64,000 nucleotides of DNA, taken from contig JAYWIR010000022.1 of the NCBI GenBank assembly GCA_036172245.1, positions 1,984,001 through 2,048,000 of the forward strand, in the 5' to 3' direction. Source of the DNA: Raillietiella orientalis. Its lineage: Eukaryota. The notes beneath the pieces are model-generated. The model saw only the letters and a program-made list of their open reading frames with translations. It was not told the origin of the DNA and searched no databases. Shown here one piece after another: positions 37,131-49,000 of the stretch (positions within the stretch are counted from its first letter, which is position 1; each line of letters begins with the position of its first letter). A program made the translations under genes and the position numbers.

Positions 37131-39191
37131 AACCTTTGTCCTGACTTTTGTACTGTGATTTTCGAGTGATTATTTGCTTGCTTTCCCCTGCTCCCAGATT
37201 AAATCACACACTGTAGTAAAGCAATCCTTCTAGAAAACGAAGATGCAGGAAAACTTTGCGATGGAGAGCCAATAGTCAAGCACTCGTTGCACATCCACGT
37301 GGAGATTTGCGACTTCTCTAGATAGCCACCCTGCAGCAGTCAGTGAGCAGAGAAGTGAGCATCTCTATTATTTTTCGTCTCTTCATGTGAAAGATATAAT
37401 ACAAAAGATGAAGACACGAGCCGAAAGATTCAACTCTACAGTGAGAGAAGCGACAGATCTCCTGAATGACATAGTGCATTTTGGAAGCTGTATCACTGAC
37501 AAGACATGGCATGACATGGTGAGGAACATCCTCTTGCATTGTTTCTGCAACAGGGTTTTCTACATGCTTTTCTATACATGATATGGTTTGTTCCTGAGTC
37601 CTTTCTACAGTTGGACTTTGTTTAAGAATCAAAATCTGAACTCAAAGTCTCAGCATCTTCGACATAAAACAGAGACAAAAGAAAAATGAGATTCCATTGG
37701 TTGGAGGTTGCGCTTTCCTTGAAGATGGTCCACGCCGTCTTCTTGACTTTACAGAGAACGCTTAAACGCAGTCGTTGGTGTGATGAATTCTAGGGGGTTT
37801 TCAATTGGTCATTAGTCCAAGTTAATAGAGCAACACTTAAGGAAGAGATGAAAGACTGCGTCCAGGGGGGACGTGGCATCGCAAAAATCGATTTGTCGTG
37901 GCACTCACACTTCTTTGAAAGGTTTCGCACACTTCCGCGTCAGTCTTCCGTCCGTCCGAGGAGGATGGAAATTGATCTCTAGTGAATTCTGGTTCACTGA
38001 AAGATTTCGTCCACCCTCAGCTCAAAGAGGGAGATCGCTACGATCAAATAGTCGAGAAGACAAATAGCCGTCTGATTGCCAATGTGTGGCAGGAAATTAG
38101 CTGATGCTGTGCTGGAATAGAAGGGAAGCGTGATTCTCTCTGGGGTTGCTGAGGAAACAGAGAGAGGTTTCTGGCCCTCCGTGGAAGCCAGAAGGGCAGT
38201 GGAGTCGTTTCCGGTCAGAAGGAGGTTAAGAAAGGTTTCTGGGTTCCGTATGCCTGAAGCGCTTGGACGCAGTTCGGAGTTGCAGCAGTGGAAATAACCA
38301 ATTGAAGTGCAAGGAAGTTTCTTCCCTTCAAACAGAGACATTGGGTGAAAAAACCTGCAGCTGGCGATGTTTGGACACGACACGAGGCTGTTGGTACGGA
38401 ACTGGAAGACGTGGGGGCAGTCGCGAGAACTCAGATCCTTCTTCCATCACTGCCCTTTTTATGATCATTCTCCTGCAACTCCTTGCTACTGCAAAGTTTC
38501 TTTTAATTGGTTTTCTTAATTTCCTTGCCAGAAAGAGCTCCGAAGGCACTTCGTCAAGGAAAGCAGCATCCAAAAACACCGGATTCTGATAATGAAAAGT
38601 AGTATAGCTGCTTTTTATTGTACAGCTGCACAGAATGTGCGAGGGTTCGTGAAGATATGTTTTCAGGGAGACTCCGGAACCATTCTCAATCATCGAAAAA
38701 GGAGTTGCAAGAGAAGACCTTAGAGACCTCCGTGGAGAGAAAGGGCGGAAAAGGCGTCACTCCTTGATCTCTCGCCAAACGCTATCCGGGGAAGGCAGCG
38801 CGAAATTTTCGATTCGTTCTCTGAGAAACAATAGCCGACGATTTCAGGAAATTCAGATGCCACCCCTTTGGGGCAAAACTACAGAACACATTTCTCTTGG
38901 GAATCAGAGCATTTTGTGGATTAACGGGCAGGGTTCTCCTTCTCACCCTCTCTCTCTCGCTTCATGATTCTCCATTGAAATAAAGAGGCACCTTTACCTT
39001 TTCATCTGAGTGTCGAGTAGGAATCAGAAGATCGGAAGTCCCCGCATTTTTGATGCTTCGTTCTTTCCGTAGGTTCAGCACATTCATCAGAATAGACACA
39101 TTCACTGGTCCATGACAAAATAAGTATGACATGACAACTGATTCATCATGAGGAGCAGAGGCGCCCGGGAGCCGCGACGGAGGGACCCGTG

Positions 39192-39642
39192 GCGCATCTT
39201 CATGGCAGATCCGGGTGTTCCGGCGACGGCCGCCAGACGTGTCGTGGAGTCCCCGCGCGGTTCCCGGCCGCGCATCGCAACCGCCGCAGAGGCACGCGCC
39301 CTGTCTCTGTCCAGCAACCGCTCCTTCTTGAGGGCTGTTGCAAGCGAATGCAAACTGCACCTCGGGTGCGAGCGAGGAGGAGGCGTCCGACGGCAGAGCG
39401 CGTGCCCGAGCGGCACCTGCAGGGCGCGCCCTTCGATTCAGCAGGCGGCGCTGACCCGACCAGCAAGAACGCCGCTCGCACGGCAGGCGACGCGGGCAAG
39501 TGTCTTCCCGAGAAGGCTGCCCGGCGGTCTCCCGGGAAGAAGGAGAGACTTCCTCTCGCTGCTTGCAGCAGGAGGCGGCGAGAAGAGCCGTCCTCGCGGG
39601 CGGCGGCGCGGCACCCACCACGCGCCCATTCTCATCGGCCGC
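39192..39642 (-). repeat. 451-bp near-identical inverted copy of 16694-17144
   Basis: Same comparison as for 16694-17144. Confidence 0.95.
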
Positions 39643-42600
39643 TGCTGTTGCTGGTTGCGCCCCGGTCGCGGATGCCCGTTCGAGAAAGGGATGGACGGAA
39701 GCAAGGAAAAGGATGGACATTGCTGCTGGTCCTTTCCGGAGGACACCTGAGCTCTAAGAGCATCAATGGCTGGCTCCCTTGGCTCATGATGACTGAGGCA
39801 AGCATTTTTTGGCACAGTGTTTGTCCCAGTTAGCTGCCGCCATGACTGTTGCCATAAAGCAAAACTGTGCTCTTCTTTCATTCGAGCCAATGGACTATAC
39901 CACCTTCATCTTTGCTAGTCGCTTGATTACAAACAAAAGAATTCGTTGCTCTGATTGGCAGTACGACTTATTGGGGCAACGGACGAGTGAATGATCGTGT
40001 TAGAAACCGAAATATGTTAGAAAGTAGGTTTTATCCTTTCAATTCCTCCGTTTTCATGTCTTCCGTGTCTTTCCTCTGTAGTTGCTGTAGGATGCCAAGC
40101 CGTCGGATTACCAGTAAGCCCATGTTTGCAGTCTCTTGTGCTTCAGCAAGCTTCATGTACCTCTGTATATTTGTTGAGGTCCTTGGTAGGGGGCAAGAAA
40201 TCTTTTGGTCCCCTCTGCGTGATCTGCTTGTCAACCAAGTGTCCAAATGGAGAATTCCAAGGCATGAAGGAATAGCAGCAGACGGCGTTAGCGCCAACTG
40301 CCGGAGAAACTCTTTTCTCTGAGGAGCTTCAGGTGTATCAGACTTGTCATCCTTTTTGCCTTCTCATAAAGCCCTTTGTTCATTCTGAAGGCATCTCCAT
40401 GCAGGGGGCTCGCCTTGTGGGACAAGCGGCAGCCATTGCCCACGCGTTGGGCTGCCACGCGTGGCGCCGTCGCCCCAGGAGGCATTCCCGATCTCCTCCG
40501 CCCTCGTGGGAAGAGGGATGGAATGGCCCTCTGCTCCGGGATGCGAAGCGCCGCGACCAGGGACCCTGAGGTCGATTGCAGTCTACCAGCTCGAAATCAG
40601 TGACAGCATTCCCTTCCCCTCCCACACCCCTCTCTCGCTCCTACCCCATGCAGACTCTCGGGAATCACCACGGTGAGATCCAGAGCTCTTATTTCACTCA
40701 AATTTCCAAGAGAGTCAGAAATAGGAGCTTCTCTAAGTAGGTTCACAATGACTAGTTCCGTTAGATCGGATACTCGCTGTACAAGAGTCAGGATGATTCG
40801 CGGCGGAGTGAAGCACGAGTGACTTCTGAGTTCGCTATTCGATACAGTGCTAGAACTTTCTCCGGCAAGACAAACCATCACTGTCAGGTCTCGTTCCTTG
40901 CTTACGGAGATGACCAGAAAGAATTACAGGAGCAGCTCCATCTGTAAAGTTTCTTCGAGGAGCTGTACAGAAAGCCTCCCTATCTGAGTCCAAGAAAGTG
41001 ATTTCCACTCTCCACCATGTAGCGATAGTAAGGTGTCTGACGTGGCCTATCGGAAAATCCCTATGCTTGAGGCATCCTAGCTTGGCAAAACTTCGGAAGC
41101 TGACCTTTAAAAAGTAACTTTTCCAAGGAGATTGTGGCGCGGACCCTGATGTATCCTGGGTTCGTCGTGTGGCGCAAACTGGATGCACGAGAAGCTTTTT
41201 TTTTTTTTTTATCATGGACCAGTGTTTCTTCAACGGATTTCTGCTCTTTGGAAAGATCATCACATCGTCCGAGGTGCGACAGGGTTAAATGATGAAAGGC
41301 AGATCGTCTGATGGGAATGGGACAGTCACAGGTAGGAAAATGGAAATGAAAGTCGACGTCTGAATCTTTCAGGGAGCGTCGAAGGATGGAGGCGAATTCC
41401 TCGTCCAGGGAGCAGGCGAAGTGATGCGTGACCCCGAACAAGCTAGGTGACAACGTGGATATCTTCTCGGTATACAGCTGCTTCGGGCTACGTGTATTCT
41501 TCGACACGTTCATTGGGGAAATTGCCCTCCTCCACCCTGCACATTCTGTCAGATGTGATCAAAAAGCAAGCTTTGCAACCACCCTCCGACAAGGACACAG
41601 AAGACTGCATTCCTGGGAATGCATTGGGAAAATCCTCTCTGCTGTCCAGAGACATGATGAGTATGTGGGAAGTCGAAAGACTGGAATCTATCCTGAAGAC
41701 ATCTTGTTTCTTTACGGATGAAGGATTCCAGTTGATGGTTGGGGATACTGGTCTCATACACGAGCACCGAGAGGGAGGGGGGGTGAGTCCCTTGTGCACG
41801 CGATCCTGTGTGACAAGGCATGGAAGAAAACTTATTCAAAAGCACTAAAACCAAGGATAAGAAGCCTTATCCTGAGCAGAATCCCATCGCTTAACACCCC
41901 ACTTCCTATTTTTCAGAGACTGCCTACAGTTGAGGCTTGACTAAACTTCTGGCTAGAAGACATAGCGCCCAGAAAACAAGGCAAATATCGATGTATGTCA
42001 CGGAACGAAACACTGATGCAAATCCTAGGTCACCGCTTGTAGCATTCTCGTCCACTCTTGAAGTGGTACCAGGTGACTGCCAACTTATTCGTAAAGGCAA
42101 AGTGGAAGATGAAAAGTGGGCTTTCAAAGACAAAAAATGCCGGACGCTGACTTACAGCTGCACGCTGATCTCCTGCTAAGGAAGAGATGGAGAGCCAACT
42201 CTGGAAGTGAGACCTGTCTCCGTGAATATTCTGGAAACATCCAGACTGGATCTGGAGATCATGGAGGATAAAATCGTGCTGTCTCTCTCCAGACGTCCTC
42301 CGAAGAGATCGCATAGTCAGCTGACTTAAGTTTGTGGGATCACCTTGGATCGTAGAATCCACCCAAGCACTTCGAGAGCTGGAAATTCCTCAGTCTGTGT
42401 GCGCCTGTAGGGATAGAGTTCTACGCCCTGAGATGCGGTGCACAGACCTTCTCGATTTCATCTCCTGGACCATCTCCGGACTATGCGAAGATCAGTCGGC
42501 AGTTCGAAAATGAGATCGACTCAGGAAGCTTGCAGACCCCTTCCTTGCAAGGTCATTTTGCCAACAAGCAATTCTGATGCATGGACAGCGGAACTCAGGG

Positions 42601-44749
42601 GTCCACGCGTGCCGAATCTGTGAGCGAAGTGACCGTGGGGAAAGCACTGATCTATCCACACGTAGTGATGAACTTCAAAGAGTCAGCAGGATGGAATGCT
42701 TTCGATAAGACGCTTTCGCTTCTCCCTCTATTCTTTTCCTGCATGCTCCAGCTCTGCAGGAAAAAAAAAAAAAATTCAGCTGTTAATTTTCAATGTGCGG
42801 CAGAGTACGAGTGGGCGCACGTTGTTCCCGTGCTTCCTTGCCTGTATACAAAGAAGCAAGGCCGATCACGAGTCAGTGCGCTTGACCTTGCACGGAAAGG
42901 AAAGCTGAGCAGTATATCGGGAGTCATCTTTGCTGCGACTTGTTTCCAGACGCGCGAACGATGCAGCAATTCTCCTTGCCTGGAATGTGATCGGATCTTC
43001 CCATGCCTGCAGTGGTCGCCTTCCATAAGTTCTTGCTCGATAATCTCACTCCTTCTCCCCCACCCCCTCCCCTCCGAGCTAGGAAGATTAAGGAAGAGGC
43101 CTCCTTCCCTGAGAGACCCTAAATTTTTATTCCTGAGAACTTTCCTCGATTCAGTTGGCATCCTCCTTGCAATCATGGGTACTTAAAGATGGGTGAAACG
43201 CGGTGCAAAGACCTTCCGAGCTGATCACGCGAAATTCCAATCTGTTCCAATTGGACAGTGAGGATCGTTCACGCGAAACCTCTGCCGCTTCCTGGGTTCC
43301 CGCGTAGAATTCATGGTCCTTCTCTCCGGGTGGGAGGAAACGGGCGCGAACCACCGGCGGGATGGGTATGGGAGCCACCCGGCGGGCCGTCCCTAGTCCG
43401 GGGGGGTTGGGAGGATCGCATGCGGAGAGCCAGCATCCCGGCACTCCGTTCGGACCTCCCTCCAGCTCCAGCTCGTCCTGTGGGTGCCACCGGAATGCAA
43501 CACCAGCGAGCTGCCCGCTCCACGCCCGCGTGCGTTCGGCACAGTCGGTGCACAGTCAGCACGCGCCTGCGCAAAAATCCTCAACAGCGAAATCCGCAGG
43601 AGAAACGGAGAGGCGAATTCAAGGGTACCACGACATCCCACGCGCCTCTCCCGATGCTTTCGGGACACGAGCACGCGAGGAGGAAAAACGCGAGGCTTAC
43701 CTTCCTTTGTCGTGCTCTGCGCCCGCTCTCGGGAAGCACCGACGTGTCTTGAAAACCGGGGACGCCGGACGACGCGAAGGCCTCGGAAGATGCTGGCATC
43801 CTTGGTGACGGGGTGCTGAGTGAGAAGCTCGAAAACGCGAAGCTGCGTTCCATACTTCGGTCGCGGACGGAACTTATCCTGGCACTTCTGGGGCCACAAA
43901 AACTTATGCACTGAAATTCTGCTCACGAAAGCTCACATGGACGAAAGGCGGGAAAAAACAGGGGGGAGGGATAATGGATCCTTCAGCAAGAAAGGGTGGG
44001 CGAAGAAGAATGCAGCTGCTCTGAGGCATTCGAGCACTCGCCATCAGTCCAGTTCCTGACGACTATCTGAAGAAATTTCCGGTCAACCGGAATGCGTGTG
44101 GCTGCAAAGGAACACCGGGGAGGTGGGAGACGGAGGTCAGATGCCACTGCAGCATCCAGACGGGCGTCTGCACCTCCTCCTCTCCCTCTCGAAAAAGGGG
44201 GAAAACATCCTCCCGGGCGAGCAGACCATGCCTGAGGACGCACCCCATGGGACACTGCGGTCTACTTTTCCTCCCTAAGAACCCGAACCGCACTGTTTCG
44301 AAACAGTCGGGATGCGGCGCTGGGAAGGGAAAGCCCCCCACCGGGCGGATCATCCAGTCCGAATTTTCCTGGTGTCTGGAGTCAGCCAGAATGGGGGACA
44401 CGTGCCGCTGCATGGCGAAAGAGGTGCTTTGACTCTCCGCGCCCATCAGTCACAAGTCACGGGGTGGCAGCGTTTCAGTCAATGCGCAAAGGAACCTCCG
44501 TCCGAAATGCAAGAAAGGAGACCACGCCTGTGGCACCGAATCTTCCCAAAGGCACGATTCGCAAGTCCGGAAAAAGAAGTTTTCCCCCCTCAGATCCTCC
44601 ACACATACCTGCCATCATCTGGGGAAGCAATCGGATGATCGACTTCCAATCCCGGCAGGTCAGCGGGGACATCCGCGGTTTTCGGCTTCCACCAGTACCG
44701 CTCCAGATAGGTTTAGAAATAGACGCCCCGGCATGATCGGATGTCAACC

Positions 44750-44915
44750 AGTACCGCTTAACCAGTAAGCCTATAAGCGTCATCTCTCGGTGGGAGCTCG
44801 AAACCCAGGACGCGCCCATTCCTCGGCGTCCATCCTCCGCGTGAGGACTCGAACCCACAGCACTTGGTGCCATGCGCGGAGGCCGCAGCCATACGGCTGC
44901 TAGCTCGGGTCAGCA
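44750..44915 (-). mobile_element. Truncated copy of the tRNA-derived SINE-like repeat
   Basis: Minus strand ggcaccaagtgctgtgggttcgagtcc..ggaatgggcgcgtcctgggtttcgag..agatgac matches 13833-13952; it interrupts a C2orf42-like unit. Confidence 0.6.
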
Positions 44916-46499
44916 TGCATAGGCGCATTTACACGTTCCTTTCTTCTTTGGCTTAGAGTCCATGAAACTGAGGGTGGCAAGCCTTCCATGCATGCCATTT
45001 GTCTGAATTCACAGGCAGCTTTTCGGATGTGGTCTACCACCTGCAAGCCTATCCCTGACGATTCCTGTTCCCGATCATTCTGGGAGCACCCGAAGGACAC
45101 CGAAGGAGTATGGAACAGAAAGAAGCCATGGTGCGTCCATCCGAGATCGGCGGACTGCTGCGTGAAACCTGATGTTTCCCAGAGAGACACTGCCGATTGC
45201 TTTTTTCGAAGTTGGATGCACAGGCGAATGTGGAGATTATCTCGTCGGGAAGACGCTAAGTCGCCCAATGTGTAGTACCCGCAGAAAAGACCCTCGGTAA
45301 CTCACGAGGACCCCTTTTTCTGGTTCCAGCGGAGGCTTTCCCATTTCTCCTCTTGGGTTCAGCAAAGGTTTAACACGGGCAGTCGCTGACTTCGAGTGCT
45401 TCTAGGATGGACTATCGACCGAATACCTGGATCTGGTCTGCGTAGGTCGTCATGAGAATCGTTCCAGATGCCGCTTCTTCTGCATTCTTTCCGTTCCTAA
45501 TACATCCCAAGCACTTTAAATGCTCAATGTTTCGTAGTCGTGGAGGTGAAATGCACAGCAGCAGTGACGACGGTGGAAACAAGGGCAGCGGAAAGCACGG
45601 CTTGTTCCCATGCTGCGAGTTGGTCATATTCCTCTTCTCTTTTGTATTCTTATGGTTTCGAATTCCAGGAGAAGGTCAGTTCAGGGAATTCGGAAATCGG
45701 ATAGAACGGCATCACTAGGACGCCCGTGTGATCCCCGGTTTGGAAGTGTGCCTCAGCGCAGGTACCGCCAGCCTCGCGAGCAACGAAACTCGAAAGCCCT
45801 TAGGACTGTGGTCGGCAACCGTTTCCACGCATGCGGCCTCATGGCGATGAACCTCGTAAGTATCAGTGATAAGAATGCTTTCGAAGTGCGCCAGCTTGTC
45901 GACTCCAGTCTCTTGAACTCTTCCGATGGTCATCCCAGCTTTCAAATTCTTATCGTCATAATTATCTTCAGAGCCTCCCTTCTAGAATGTTATTTTTCAA
46001 GGTGATAGCGTTTGTCGTCCTGCTCTTGTGCAAAATTCAGAAGCATTGCCAGACAAAAATTTGCAATTACAAAGCAATCCAAGCGTGTTTAATTTTTTTG
46101 CATCTGCCACACGTGAATCCTTCTGAGCAGATGTACCGAGAGGGACGACTACTCGTTGTCAGCTCATGACCTCAGAAAAAGATACTTCAAAGATATTTGT
46201 GGGCGTGGAGGGTTTTGTAGAAATCAACTATAAACATTTGAAAAGAAAACATACGAGCCAACATAAAATAGTTCAATCCACAGGTATATCTCTACATGTG
46301 TATTCATTTCTAAATGCTTGTTGGTATACGACTGTACGTTTACGTCCATGCATGAGTTTTTCACTTGATTTTTTTTTTTTTAATCTATGATGCTTCCCTG
46401 TAATGAGAGGTATCTCTGTTGGTACTAAAAGGGCGTACTTTTTAAAAAATTATTGGTACAGTTGCGCGTCGCCCTGATCCGGTTCCCTTCATCACGAAG

Positions 46500-49000
46500 T
46501 ACGAGAGTGGGCGAGAGAGGAGACGACAGTGGACGGAGGGTAGACCTCAACAGTCGGCACCCCTATCTAGCGGTGGGAAACATTTTTGTCGCGACGAGCA
46601 GAGGGTTTCCTTCCTCTTCTTCCGAAAGCGAGCTTAATTCAGAATTAGGAAGGAAGAATTCCGGGACACAGGAACATGGTTTACTTTAACCAATCCAGCA
46701 GTCTAGCAAGTCCAGGACTGTGTCAGCAGCAGCAGCAGAAGCCAATAACTAGAATGTTGCAGGTATTTTTCCATCTGTCTTAAAAGAAGAGAAAACAAGG
46801 GCGCTTACCCAGTGCCGGAAGTTCTGGTTTTCCTATCGGCAGGTGCGTGCAGCTTCCTACCAGAGGTGGAATCTGATCCAGGATTAAATGCAACAGTTAG
46901 TGGTCATCCTGGTTCCTTCACTTCGAGGGAAATGTTATCGACGGGGCAAAGTCCAGCCAGAAGAAGCGTGCAGAGACCGACGGTGTACCGGAGACGTCTT
47001 AGTCAGGAGTGGGATTTCTCTATGAACATGAAACTTGTTGAGTTACCAGGGTTGCAGAATCGCGCTCACTGAGTGTTGAGCCAGGTGTACCTATGGTTTC
47101 ATTTTGAGCGATGGAATTCGCAGATGCACTCGCCCCTGTCACTTCTCACGTTCTACTTCAGAGGGATGGCGCTGCTCCTGCAAGATACTCCGGAGACAAA
47201 ATGGATCTCCTTCCAGGAGGAAACCGGAAATGAAAGAAGCAAAAAGGTTCCGATGTCTTCATCGTGGCATCCGAAGCAGAGGATCGGGTGCATGGAAAAT
47301 GCCTCTGCAGCTTCATTGGCTTATGATTAAGTGCCAAGGGTGAACCTTCCAGAAGGCAGCAAGTTTCTGCCATTCACTTGGCCTCCTGGGGATGGTTCTG
47401 CGGCAGTACCAAACAGGATGGGGCTTCGAAGAAATGACAGTGGTGTCGACCCTTTCCAGGTATCAGAAGCATACGGGAGCGCTGTGGAAATCTCACTCCT
47501 ACGAGACCGCTCGCGTGGCGGCTTCGAAGCGGGTCTTCGGGCAGCCTGGAGCTCTCGGATTTCCTGCGGTGGTTCCCAGTGGAAGAGCTTTTCCCGGAGG
47601 CGAAGGACCTGACCTGAACGGCTCAGGAGACCCTCGCGCTGCTTTCGGGATGCCTGGAAGTAGGGGAATGGACGCCTCCAAGATCCGTCTTCCCGTGGCG
47701 GAGGAGTTGCGCCGCGTGTCGGCAGCAGCCGCTGCCTGCGGAGCTGCGAGGCAGAGGGCAGCACCACTTCACCGAGAGGCCGGACCCGAACATTACCGTG
47801 ATGTCGCGGTCCAGGAGTCACTCGGCGACGGGACCTCTCCAGCTTCCCCCCACCCCACCACAGGGGAGGAAACCCAGCTCCGCGTTTCCGTGGAAGGGCT
47901 CACGAAGGAGAGCCCGGGAGAAGGTGAGCTCCTGCCTCTTGCGCAGAGAGGGCGTCGCCGAAGGGTGACCACGTTCCCATCTCTCGAGGGAGGAAGCAAT
48001 CCGCTCCCAGAAACAGGCGGAAAAGAGGGGAGGAGGAGGAGGGGGAGGAGGCGAGAAAAGCGACGCGATAGCATTCCCGGTCTGGAAGAACCGGACTCAG
48101 CAGATTTCCGGATGCTGTATGCTTCCTAAGCACCAATCTCCCTCTTGTCAGTGATGTAGCACAGAGGAAGCCACCTAGGGAAAAGTCTGCGAGAGGTTGC
48201 CTAGGAACTCTCCGAGTCGAACGATGAGCTCTGCCCGTAAGCACACCTTTTGATTTATTCTCGCCCGCCCCCGCAACTCCGAAGCCCTTCGACGTGCGGG
48301 GCGCAGAGTGGAGGGAGGGAGGGTTGATCCGTGCTCCGGGTGCCCTCTGGGAACCGAGACAGCGGTGGGGGCACCATCCTGGGGAGAGAGGGAAACAAGC
48401 GGGAGGAGGGGGGTAGCTGTCGTGGAAGGAGTCAGGGAGAGAGGAAGCAGTCAGGACTCTGGCTGCCCCCTCCTCTTCCCTGCGCGCAAGCGTGCCACGT
48501 GGGGAGGAAGATATCCGTTCAGGGCCCGCTTGCTGCTCGCGGATGCATCACCCCTCATCCCCGCCCTCCGAGAGAACGAGCGGTCTCCTGGGTCAATCTC
48601 TGCTTCCCCGTGACCGCACCCCCGAGTCCAAGAAGATTGCTCTATGGAGAGCGGTGGTCCAAGGGCAGCTGGCTCGCCTGCCGGAGAGCCCAAGGACCCC
48701 TGGAGTGAACCGGGGCTCTGGGGGCGCAGCGATCCACGGCCGAGGTCTTCTCTGAGTGCCATGAGGCCACCTCCCTTTGACTCCATCCTCTCCTGCCCTC
48801 TGTCAGGGACGTCGGTCGCCTACTCCACTTTTCCCCTCCTTCCATCGCATCCCCGCACGCGCTGCTCGCCCACGCACCCGGCCTCCACAGCAGCGGCGAC
48901 TTCCCGCATAAAAAAAACCTGTCCTCCTCCTTTTCCACCCTTCCCTCTCCGGTGTGCTTCCTGCCCATTCCTGAAGTACCGGTTGCCTTTCTCCTTCTTC
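46500..49000 (+). pseudogene. Decayed C2orf42-like units on plus strand (clear unit ~46500-47870; weaker one ~48200-49000)
   Basis: SQMHSPLSLLTFYF (SQKHSLGYLHTSF); WRCSCKILRRQ..KRFRCLH from 47167 (FFCSCQTLKSH..QRCIH); LSDFLRW; GDPRAAFGMPGS..DASKIRL; RQRAAPL (RKDALPL). Confidence 0.6.

Larger units (their letters stand above)
28650..46150 (-). mobile_element. ~17.5-kb head-to-tail array of ~12 decayed, intronless C2orf42-like units; putative novel element
   Basis: Approximate units: 46150-44600, 44450-43820 (C-domain only), 43790-41660, 41600-40070, 40020-38960 (N-half), 38900-36870, 36760-35390, 35300-33930, 33850-32300, 32050-31250 (N-half), 31150-29400, 29300-28650. Best motifs: CHHQFSNICSF at 36013-35981 (CIHFFACICAF); ETRMAIWR ~33400 (ETKQTIWQ); REDVFPL..WHLTSVSHL ~44200-44120 (RKDALPL..WHITNILQV); FQSWL..RPAFFVFESP ~42200; VAGKPVV..AFD ~34340; IKRAV ~38460 (IKLAV); CSTC..GQTCRTSC 32031-31975. 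Confidence 0.65.

Noticed and set aside
46700..46765. 18S rRNA-like stretch (gcaagtc..gtcagcagc)
   Set aside because: Similarity is short, driven by a CAG repeat, and has no flanking rRNA sequence.
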